Part shown: positions 19,371 through 26,573 of the stretch, one piece after another
How positions within the stretch are numbered: the stretch's first letter is position 1
Layout: each line of letters starts with the position of its first letter
Source: Candidatus Moraniibacteriota bacterium
Lineage (GTDB): Bacteria; Patescibacteriota; Minisyncoccia; Moranbacterales; GWC2-37-73
Length of the DNA stretch: 43,073 nt
Assembly (NCBI GenBank): GCA_003507445.1
Contig: DNVR01000004.1
Span: 94,243 to 137,315, forward strand
Direction of reading: 5' to 3'
Position numbers and translations under genes: made by a program
Notes under the pieces: generated by a model
Seen by the model: the letters and a program-made list of their open reading frames with translations, nothing else
The model's database searches: none
What the model was told of the DNA's origin: nothing

Positions 19371-20510
19371 CTAGATGATAACTTTTTCAAGTTCCTGCAA
19401 TGCCAATTTAAGCTCATCAGGCTTGATGCAATATGACAAGCGCAAATGAGTGTCATATTTTTCGCCGAAAGAAATCCCGGGGGTTGTCGCCACTCCTGCC
19501 TTTTCCAAGAAATAAGTTGCCAGTTCAACTGAACTCTTGAGATTTAGTTTTTTCATAACATCTGCAAAATCTGGAAAAATGAAGATTCCTCCTGTTGATT
19601 TGGCATAAGAAATTTTCATCTTGGAAAGCCAACTGTGTACAATTTCTCTCTGTTCAGTGAGATTAGGCAATGTGGACTCACTTTCAAGTGCCACAACTGC
19701 TGCTGCATCTGAAATCGAAGATGGGCATCCAATATAATTTTCCAAAAATCTTCCAATTGCAACATTCAAATCGCTCGGACAAATTGCATATCCTATTCTC
19801 CAACCTGTCATCGCATGAGATTTGGAAAGAGAGTTTATCACAATAATCTCAGGATTGAATTGTCGCAAACTAAACTGTGGATCAGGAGAAAAGTTACTGT
19901 AACATTCGTCTGAAATTATTATTACATTATTTTTTTTGCAAACCTCAACAATTTTTTCAAGTTCATCTTTTTCATATGTAACGCCACTGGGATTGTTTGG
20001 AGAATTTATTATTATAAAAGATTTTTTTTCTGCGGTATTATTACTTGCAAAAATTTCATCAAGAACATCTGCTTTCAATTGGAAATCAGTTGGCTTAGTG
20101 TTAATCAAGACAACTTTGCCACCACAAGACTGCGCAATTTGAAAAAATGGTGGATAATAAGGACCTGTCATAAAAACCAAATCTCCTTCATCAACCAAGG
20201 ACCACAAAATGCTTCCTAGAAATGGTTTGGCACCAGTTGAAACAGACACGCACTCCACTTCAACTTGATATATTTCAGCAATTTTTTTTCGCAGAGCCAT
20301 TGACCCTTGCGCTGGATTATAATGTGTTTTGTCATTTTTAATTGCCTCAATTCCCGCCTGTTTAATAATCTCAGGCGTGTCATAATATGGCTCGCCCAGT
20401 CCAAGCGAAATTATTTTCCTGCCCTTAGCTTCTTGCTCTTTCACCTTTTTTGCAAAGACATACAATGGCGAAGATGTCAGGTTTGTTGCTCTTTTTGAAA
20501 TTTGTTGCAT
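19371..20510 (-). CDS. PLP-dependent aminotransferase class I/II (aspartate aminotransferase-like)
   Basis: LGLGEP, SPNNPSG, SDECY, NSLSKSHAMTGWRIGY; likely ATG at 20510. Confidence 0.9.
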   Translation of the reverse strand: MQQISKRATNLTSSPLYVFAKKVKEQEAKGRKIISLGLGEPYYDTPEIIKQAGIEAIKNDKTHYNPAQGSMALRKKIAEIYQVEVECVSVSTGAKPFLGSILWSLVDEGDLVFMTGPYYPPFFQIAQSCGGKVVLINTKPTDFQLKADVLDEIFASNNTAEKKSFIIINSPNNPSGVTYEKDELEKIVEVCKKNNVIIISDECYSNFSPDPQFSLRQFNPEIIVINSLSKSHAMTGWRIGYAICPSDLNVAIGRFLENYIGCPSSISDAAAVVALESESTLPNLTEQREIVHSWLSKMKISYAKSTGGIFIFPDFADVMKKLNLKSSVELATYFLEKAGVATTPGISFGEKYDTHLRLSYCIKPDELKLALQELEKVII

Positions 20511-20579
20511 ATATATTTTACGATTATAATGATATTGCCATTTCGTCACTATAACAAAAAATAAGCATCCTGCAAGGGC

Positions 20580-20607
20580 TGGACAAATTTTATAACTCTG
20601 CTAAGCT
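20580..20607 (+). promoter_or_regulatory. Promoter of the mqo leader
   Basis: TGGACA-16 nt-TAAGCT with extended -10 TG, ending 7 nt before ATG 20615. Confidence 0.5.
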
Positions 20608-20614
20608 GAATTAT

Positions 20615-20671
20615 ATGAATATGCATCTGACACAAATTACAACCTTGAATAATGACGATAATTGTGATTGA
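20615..20671 (+). CDS. Putative Asn/Asp-rich leader peptide MNMHLTQITTLNNDDNCD
   Basis: 18 codons; 6 of the last 7 are Asn/Asp and overlap the first pairing segment. Confidence 0.6.
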   Translation: MNMHLTQITTLNNDDNCD

Positions 20672-20735
20672 TTATCGTCGGTTTTAGTTTGAATATTCAA
20701 AACGAAATCGACTCAGACAGGGCCGATTTTTTGTT
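20654..20735 (+). promoter_or_regulatory. Putative transcription attenuator (1:2, 2:3, 3:4 pairing)
   Basis: GACGATAAT/ATTATCGTC; GTCGGTTT/AAATCGAC; TCGACTC/GGGCCGA followed by TTTTTTGTT. Confidence 0.6.
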
Positions 20736-20818
20736 GGCTTTCAGAATCTTTGATTCTGTCCAGGCAACAATCCCGACAGCAGTCGGGAAAAATTAACAAA
20801 TAATATACGTACATTTTT

Positions 20819-22153
20819 ATGAAAAACGAAACAAGAAAATTTCAAGTTGCAATTTTGGGCGGTGGCATTACTGGCAGTTCAATTTTTCATATCTTAAGCA
20901 AATACACAAATATTGATTCCATTGCTCTAATAGAAAAAGCTGGAAAATTGGGAGAAATAAATTCCAAAGAAAGCAACAACAGCCAAACATTGCACTTCGG
21001 CGATATCGAAGCCAACTATTCCGTTGAGAAAGCAATATCATCAAAAGAAGCTTCGCAAATGGTTGTACGCTATCTTGAAAGGCTAGGAGGAAATGGCTCT
21101 GGGATCTATAAAAAATCACACAAGATGTTATTGGCGGTTGGAAAAAAAGAAATTGCAGAATTTGAAAAAAGACAAAATGAATTTAAAAAAATATTTCCAA
21201 ATTTCAAAAAAATAACCAGAAACGAAATTGCCAAAATTGAACCGGAGATAGTAAACGGCAGAAAGCCATCTGAAAAAATAATGGCAGGATACAGCAAGAA
21301 CGGATTCACTGTTGATTTTGGAGCCCTAGCTAAAAATTTAGCAACGGAAGCTAAAAAATTTAAAGCAGGAGCAAAAATTTTTGTTGACACAAAAGTTATA
21401 AAAATAATTGGAAAAGAAGATGGCTTTGAAATAATTACCAATAAAGAAACTTTTTTTGCACAAGCTGTTGTGGTTGCAATGTGTTCTCATAGTTTAATGT
21501 TTGCCAAGGAACTTGGATATGGCAAAGAATATTCAATACTCCCTGTTGGCGGAAATTTTTACACATCTTCAAGAAAGGTTTTAAACGGCAAGGTTTATAC
21601 AATGCAAAGTGGCAAACTCCCCTTTGCTGGAGTTCACGGCGATCCCAATGTTCACAATGAAAACGAAACTCGCTTTGGACCAACTGCAAATGTTATGCCA
21701 TTTCTTGAAAGAAATAACATTGCAACATTTGGAGATTTTTTCAAATCAACACTTTGTGACAAAAAATCTGCCATTGCCTTGTTAAAAGTGCTTTCAGAAA
21801 AAACATTGCTCACATTTTTATTGAAAAATTTAATTTACGAAATTCCATATTTTGGCCCCAGAGCATATGCAAAAATGTGCCAGAAAATAATTCCAACTTT
21901 GAAATATGCTGATTTTAAAAATAGCAAAACCAAGGCTGGCATCAGACCGCAGTTGATCAACAATCAAACACAGAAACTGCAAATGGGAGAAATTGAAATC
22001 GAAGGTAAAAATATTCTCTTTAACATCACACCATCCCCCGGAGCAACTGCTTGCATAAAAAATGCCGCCAAAAGTGTCAACAAAACAATTGCCTTTTTCG
22101 ACGGAAAATATTCTTTTAACGAAGATGCTTTTAAGAGAGATTTTCTTTCTTAA
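20819..22153 (+). CDS. mqo: FAD-dependent oxidoreductase, malate:quinone oxidoreductase-like
   Basis: GGGITG, NNSQTLHFGDIEANY, LNGKVYT, LPFAGVHGDP, TRFGPTA, GIRPQ, FNITPSPGAT. Confidence 0.8.
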   Translation: MKNETRKFQVAILGGGITGSSIFHILSKYTNIDSIALIEKAGKLGEINSKESNNSQTLHFGDIEANYSVEKAISSKEASQMVVRYLERLGGNGSGIYKKSHKMLLAVGKKEIAEFEKRQNEFKKIFPNFKKITRNEIAKIEPEIVNGRKPSEKIMAGYSKNGFTVDFGALAKNLATEAKKFKAGAKIFVDTKVIKIIGKEDGFEIITNKETFFAQAVVVAMCSHSLMFAKELGYGKEYSILPVGGNFYTSSRKVLNGKVYTMQSGKLPFAGVHGDPNVHNENETRFGPTANVMPFLERNNIATFGDFFKSTLCDKKSAIALLKVLSEKTLLTFLLKNLIYEIPYFGPRAYAKMCQKIIPTLKYADFKNSKTKAGIRPQLINNQTQKLQMGEIEIEGKNILFNITPSPGATACIKNAAKSVNKTIAFFDGKYSFNEDAFKRDFLS

Positions 22154-22163
22154 TAATAAAAAT

Positions 22164-22191
22164 AGGGACTTACGAATTATCATAAGTCCCT
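22164..22191. terminator. Bidirectional terminator
   Basis: agggactta...taagtccct between convergent genes. Confidence 0.7.
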
Positions 22192-22223
22192 TTAATTTCA
22201 TAATATATTTCTATCACTTTTGC

Positions 22224-22688
22224 CTAAGCAAAATAACACTTTTCTCTCATTGGACTCCTCTTTTGTTTTCTTCTATTTCTACTTCCAGTAAACAACTTAT
22301 TTACAACTGAACTAATTAAAGATTGCTGTTTTGGTTCATTATTTTTTGCGCTTTTTTCTTCCTCAGCAAGTCCACTTCCAACTATTGTGACATAGCGACC
22401 ATTGCTCAGCGCGTACAACTGCCTAACACTACTTATTCCCTCATTTAACAAGTTGCAAAGATCATAAAGTTGAGCCTTATTACCAGAAAATGGATAGTGC
22501 TTGTCTCCGACAGAAACAATCAATAAATCATTGCAAAAATCAAATTTGCCAGAAAAAAGAGCTTGCCTGATATGACACATTGCATACATATTGGCCAATG
22601 TGGGCTCATGATAAAGCACGCAACCAGTAATTTTCCCTTCCTCCGTAGTTATAACCTTCATTTCAATTTTAACAGCATGTCTGTTCAT
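22224..22688 (-). CDS. Hypothetical protein (154 aa)
   Basis: Strong SD AAGGAGAGG before ATG 22688; no family recognised. Confidence 0.65.
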   Translation of the reverse strand: MNRHAVKIEMKVITTEEGKITGCVLYHEPTLANMYAMCHIRQALFSGKFDFCNDLLIVSVGDKHYPFSGNKAQLYDLCNLLNEGISSVRQLYALSNGRYVTIVGSGLAEEEKSAKNNEPKQQSLISSVVNKLFTGSRNRRKQKRSPMREKCYFA

Positions 22689-22746
22689 TTTAACCTCTCC
22701 TTTTCTGTTGTGATTTGAAATATTTTTATATTCTGTTTTTAAATAA

Positions 22747-22770
22747 CAAAAAACCCGACCGAGGTCGGGA
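22747..22770 (-). terminator. Terminator within the 5' leader (attenuator)
   Basis: CCCGAC-CTCG-GTCGGG-TTTTTTG, upstream of the 22688 start. Confidence 0.8.
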
Positions 22771-22798
22771 TTATTTGAGCACATTGTGAATTTATCTT

Positions 22799-22894
22799 TT
22801 ATTCACAATTAGCAAAAACAAACCGACCTTGAAGGCCTGTAAACCAAAAATACATAAACTGTATTAAATTGTGGTTTGGTTTGTTTATACTCAT
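22799..22894 (-). CDS. Putative aromatic-rich leader peptide MSINKPNHNLIQFMYFWFTGLQGRFVFANCE
   Basis: 31 codons, ATG 6 nt after TATAAT; FMYFWF cluster; contains the antiterminator candidate AGGTCGG. Confidence 0.6.
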   Translation of the reverse strand: MSINKPNHNLIQFMYFWFTGLQGRFVFANCE

Positions 22895-22900
22895 ACCCTG

Positions 22901-22928
22901 ATTATAGCAGCTCAAAGGATGTTGTCAA
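22901..22928 (-). promoter_or_regulatory. Consensus sigma70 promoter
   Basis: TTGACA-16 nt-TATAAT with extended -10 TG. Confidence 0.8.
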
Positions 22929-22960
22929 ATCTACCGAATAACTTTTCAACCATCATACAA

Positions 22961-23009
22961 AAAAAGGCAAACGCTATCATACTATCGAGCGTGATAGTGT
23001 TTGCCTTTT
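22961..23009. terminator. Terminator-like hairpin
   Basis: aaaaggcaaacgctatca ... tgatagtgtttgcctttt. Confidence 0.65.
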
Positions 23010-23028
23010 GAAAAAAATAACTTTTGAA

Positions 23029-23141
23029 ATTTTTGTTTTCCTGTTTTCTTTTTGGCCAATTATTGCGACAGCAATTCTTTGAGTTTTTGACCATAGTCTT
23101 GGGTCAAAAACGTGCCAAAAAGAAAACAGGAAAACAAAAAT
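23029..23141. repeat. Branched hairpin element, family B (divergent copy)
   Basis: 28-bp perfect outer stem; core TTTTTGGCCAATT..GCGACAGCAA.TCTTTGAG...CGTGCCAAA. Confidence 0.75.
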
Positions 23142-23157
23142 CAACATCGAACCCATA

Positions 23158-23186
23158 AAAAAACGAGGTCTTGCGACCTCGTTTTT
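23158..23186 (-). terminator. Terminator of the DsbA-like gene
   Basis: aaaaacgaggtc ttgc gacctcgttttt. Confidence 0.75.
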
Positions 23187-23210
23187 GTGTTTCTAAAAGA
23201 TGGACACACG

Positions 23211-24329
23211 CTATTTATTAAGCTGCTGTTCAATAACCTTTTTCATATCGTCATATTTTGCAGTTGGAAGTTGCAAATCTGTTCCAACAAAAATTGAAGG
23301 TGTCATTTGCAATCCAAAACTTTGACCCTCTGCAACAGTTGCAGTGATTTGATCTTGATATTTTTTATCATCAAGACATTTGTTAAAATCTTGAGCATTA
23401 AGCCCGAGAGTTGCAGCATATCCTTTCAAAATTGGAGCAGCGTCTTTGGCTTTTCCCCAGACATCTTGAGAAGCAAAAAGTTTACTAGCATAATCAACAA
23501 ATTTTCCTTGTTCATTTGCACAAGCCGCAGCCAAAGCTGCACTAATTCCTTGCGTTGCTGTTGGTGGAACATAACTCTTAAAAACAACTTGAATGCGATC
23601 GCCATATTCCTTCAACATTGGAGTGATGATATCAGCATATGCTTTCTTATCACTAGGACTTTGAAAATTACTAAACGCAACGACTTTTACCATTGATTCA
23701 ATAGAACCAATTGAAATATCTTTATCTGAAATTTGTGGAGCTGAAACATATTTTCCTACTGGGAATCCAGCTTCTGCGCTTTTAATCGCATATGAATCTC
23801 CCTTCTTATCCAAAAATGGCTCAGCTTTTGCAAACAATTCTGTTTTTTCTATTTCTTTTGAGAAAATAAATGCCGGAATTGTTTTAATCTTGAAATCAGC
23901 AATAAGCTTTTGGCCAACAGCAGAATTTGCATCTATTTTTTCATTTTGCATTGTTGGCAATGCTTGTTTGAGACCGACCAACACTTCATCTGGAGCGCAA
24001 GCTTCGCAAGTATCATCTGAGATCACTTGGACTTTTACCAATGGTTCATTATAAGCAACCCAAGTTTTTCCACCTGATGCAAAAACATCAGCCTCATTTA
24101 GCACGCGCTGTGAAAAACCACCACCTCTAATCATTTGGATTGCATCAACAAACAAACTTCCAACAAACAAACCGGCAAGCAGGATCACTGCTGAAATTAA
24201 GTTTTTGATTTTTTTATCCTTTTTTTCTTCTTCTGTTTCTTCAACTTCTTCAACAGATGAATCGATTTCTTTTTCCTCAACAACTTCTTCTATAGAAGCA
24301 TCTTTGATTTCATTTTTTTCTTCATCCAT
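23211..24329 (-). CDS. Membrane-anchored DsbA/thioredoxin-fold protein (two domains)
   Basis: TM anchor, CEAC, TIPAF, AALAAACANEQGKF, FNKCLD, TPSIFV. Confidence 0.85.
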   Translation of the reverse strand: MDEEKNEIKDASIEEVVEEKEIDSSVEEVEETEEEKKDKKIKNLISAVILLAGLFVGSLFVDAIQMIRGGGFSQRVLNEADVFASGGKTWVAYNEPLVKVQVISDDTCEACAPDEVLVGLKQALPTMQNEKIDANSAVGQKLIADFKIKTIPAFIFSKEIEKTELFAKAEPFLDKKGDSYAIKSAEAGFPVGKYVSAPQISDKDISIGSIESMVKVVAFSNFQSPSDKKAYADIITPMLKEYGDRIQVVFKSYVPPTATQGISAALAAACANEQGKFVDYASKLFASQDVWGKAKDAAPILKGYAATLGLNAQDFNKCLDDKKYQDQITATVAEGQSFGLQMTPSIFVGTDLQLPTAKYDDMKKVIEQQLNK

Positions 24330-24377
24330 ATTATTTTGTTACTAGTTATGAGTTACTGATTACCTTTTTATTATTAT

Positions 24378-24815
24378 TTATTCCAAAGTTTGCCCTTGAG
24401 ATTGCTGAGCTGCTTGCTGCTGCAAAGCTTGCTGCTCCGCCATCTGCTGATCAATTTTCTCTTTCAATTCATCAATATTATAGCTCTGTGCGGACTTATT
24501 AATTTGATAATCATTAAATCCTATTGTGATTTTTTTCACTGCCTCCGTTTTAACTGTCACTCCAAGAAGAACACCAAGAATAAAGAACAATGCCATTTCA
24601 AAGATAACTTCCCTTCTTCTTTTTTTTGCACGTTCCATTTCATTTTCGATTGGTTGGTTTTCTTGTGTTTGTTCTAGATTTTTATTTTGTTCATCTTCCT
24701 GCGCTTCTATTGTAGACAAATCTTCTTCTTGTTCAAGTTCAAACAATTCTTCTTGTTGAAGTCGTTCGAATTCCTTTTTTTGTTCAAGCTCTTCTCTTTT
24801 TTTGTCTTGATGCAT
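24378..24815 (-). CDS. Hypothetical single-TM protein
   Basis: 145 aa, acidic N-terminus, TM segment, KTEAVKKITIGFNDY. Confidence 0.75.
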   Translation of the reverse strand: MHQDKKREELEQKKEFERLQQEELFELEQEEDLSTIEAQEDEQNKNLEQTQENQPIENEMERAKKRRREVIFEMALFFILGVLLGVTVKTEAVKKITIGFNDYQINKSAQSYNIDELKEKIDQQMAEQQALQQQAAQQSQGQTLE

Positions 24816-24961
24816 TTACCCTGTTAAATAAGATTTGGCCCTACAAGTTATTTAGAACCAACTTACCCTAGATTAGGTTATTATTCTTTATACATCAATC
24901 CACCTTGCCAAATCTTAATTTTAAATTTTTTAAGAAATTTAAAATTATTTAACAGGGTGAA
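24816..24961. repeat. MITE-like element with ACCCTGTTAAAT terminal inverted repeats
   Basis: ttaccctgttaaataa ... ttatttaacagggtga; inner stem taagatttggc/gccaaatctta. Confidence 0.75.
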
Positions 24962-25109
24962 CCTCTTTTTTACTGGTTAATTTGTCCCTATATGTTACCA
25001 CAACCGCATAAAACCTACAACTTGCAAGGTTGCATAAAATATTGTGTAGTATTTGGCTGGGTTTTAGATTATAGGTATTCGCTTTTTCAGATTCGAATTT
25101 TGAATTTTC

Positions 25110-25221
25110 CTAAAAAGCTAGTAAGCTAAAGCCTAAAAAGCTGCTTTTATTCTTTTCTTAACGCTTCCCCGCCCGCATCGCTACGTGAAGCAAGTTCACT
25201 TGCGAAGCGTTGCGGGCGGGC
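25110..25221. repeat. AGCT-type repeat arm, relic EALRKE* gene end and GC-rich palindrome
   Basis: Arm 25110-25143; relic 25147-25167; cccgcccgcatcgct...agcgttgcgggcggg at 25168-25221. Confidence 0.7.
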
Positions 25222-25226
25222 ATTTA

Positions 25227-26546
25227 TCACTCCTTACGCAAAGCTTCCATAGGAGAAAGCTTTGAAGCTTTGTAAGCAGGATAATAACCAAAAATAATTC
25301 CAGTAGTAGCGGAGAAGCCAACTGCTATTAAAATAGAATTTAAGGTAAGAGAAAAGTTAAGCGTATAACCCAATAAACTTATAACATAAGAAAATCCAAG
25401 AGAAATCAAATACCCCAATATAATACCCACCACACCTCCAACAATGGTTAGAAAAACCGCTTCAAACAAAAACTGATTGCGAATGTCGTTCTCTTTTGCG
25501 CCAACAGCTTTTCGCAAACCTATTTCAAATGTTCTCTCAGACACCGCCACATACATAACATTCATAATTCCCACCCCACCCACAATCAAAGAGATGGAAG
25601 TGAGCGCCAACAACAAAATATTAATCGTGCCAAAAACATCCTCGATTATTTTTTGCGCCTCCTGAATAGTTGTAATTGAATAATCTTCTTGCTCGGGTTT
25701 ATAAGTACGATGAATTCTTTTTAATGTATCATCAATGTCAGCCACGGTTACCTCAATAAGATTTTGATCTTTAACTTTAACAGTAATAAAACGCACATAA
25801 TCAATTCCTAAAATTTTCTTTTGCAATGTTTGCACGGGAATATAAATGAGCTCGTCATAATTAAAAAATGTGACCGCACCTCTTTCTTCCAAAACTCCAA
25901 TCACACGGAAGTCCATATTCTTAATTTTGATTGATTTTCCAATGGCATCTTCGGTGCCAAAAAGAGTTTCTTTAATATCAGGTCCAATAACTGCAACTTG
26001 CCCCAAGCTGTCATCGGCAGACTGATCATAAAAAATTCCTTCCTGAACCTTCACGGCACTGTCCACTTGGGGATAATTAGCACCAACTCCAAAAAGCATC
26101 GCTCTTTTATTTTCATCTTTATAACTTGTCAGTTCTTGACCCATTGTTCCTGCTGCAAAACTTGCCACATTTGGAATTTTCGCCAGCGCTTCTCCGTCTG
26201 AAACTTTCAAAGTTGTTATTTGAATTCCCGTTGCTTGACCCTCTGCATTCGCTGCTGATGTTTTTCCTGTTGCGGGAACCTTGGTTTCAATCTGAATCAC
26301 ATCAGTTCCAAAACTATCAAATTGTCCGAGCACATAATTTTTTAGTCCTTGTCCGCTAGAAGAAACCACAATGACCGACATAATCCCAATCACAATTCCA
26401 ACCAACGTCAAAACAGTCCTGCCGACATTATTCGTCAGGTTGTGTAGTGCAAGTTTAATTGATAATAATATCCTATTCACAGATTTAAATTTAATATTTT
26501 TTGTATATGGTATTTGGTATATAGTATTTAGTATTTTTGAATTCAT
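25227..26546 (-). CDS. ABC exporter permease, MacB/FtsX-like
   Basis: RTVLTLVGIVIGI, SLIVGGVGIMNVM..ERTFEIGLRKAVGA, FGYYPA..ASKLSPMEALR; probable ATG at 26546 inside the repeat element. Confidence 0.93.
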   Translation of the reverse strand: MNSKILNTIYQIPYTKNIKFKSVNRILLSIKLALHNLTNNVGRTVLTLVGIVIGIMSVIVVSSSGQGLKNYVLGQFDSFGTDVIQIETKVPATGKTSAANAEGQATGIQITTLKVSDGEALAKIPNVASFAAGTMGQELTSYKDENKRAMLFGVGANYPQVDSAVKVQEGIFYDQSADDSLGQVAVIGPDIKETLFGTEDAIGKSIKIKNMDFRVIGVLEERGAVTFFNYDELIYIPVQTLQKKILGIDYVRFITVKVKDQNLIEVTVADIDDTLKRIHRTYKPEQEDYSITTIQEAQKIIEDVFGTINILLLALTSISLIVGGVGIMNVMYVAVSERTFEIGLRKAVGAKENDIRNQFLFEAVFLTIVGGVVGIILGYLISLGFSYVISLLGYTLNFSLTLNSILIAVGFSATTGIIFGYYPAYKASKLSPMEALRKE

Positions 26547-26573
26547 ACCATATACCACATATACTAAACACCA
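26501..26573. repeat. Gene-less copy of the four-helix cassette arms
   Basis: Five TDGTATW units, tttgaatt, then inverted NATACYA units; abuts the upstream stop codon. Confidence 0.8.

Noticed and set aside
22912..23297. Mirror-image short ORFs 22912..23094 and 23112..23297 (PKRKQENK)
   Set aside because: They are translations of the two arms of the family B palindrome.
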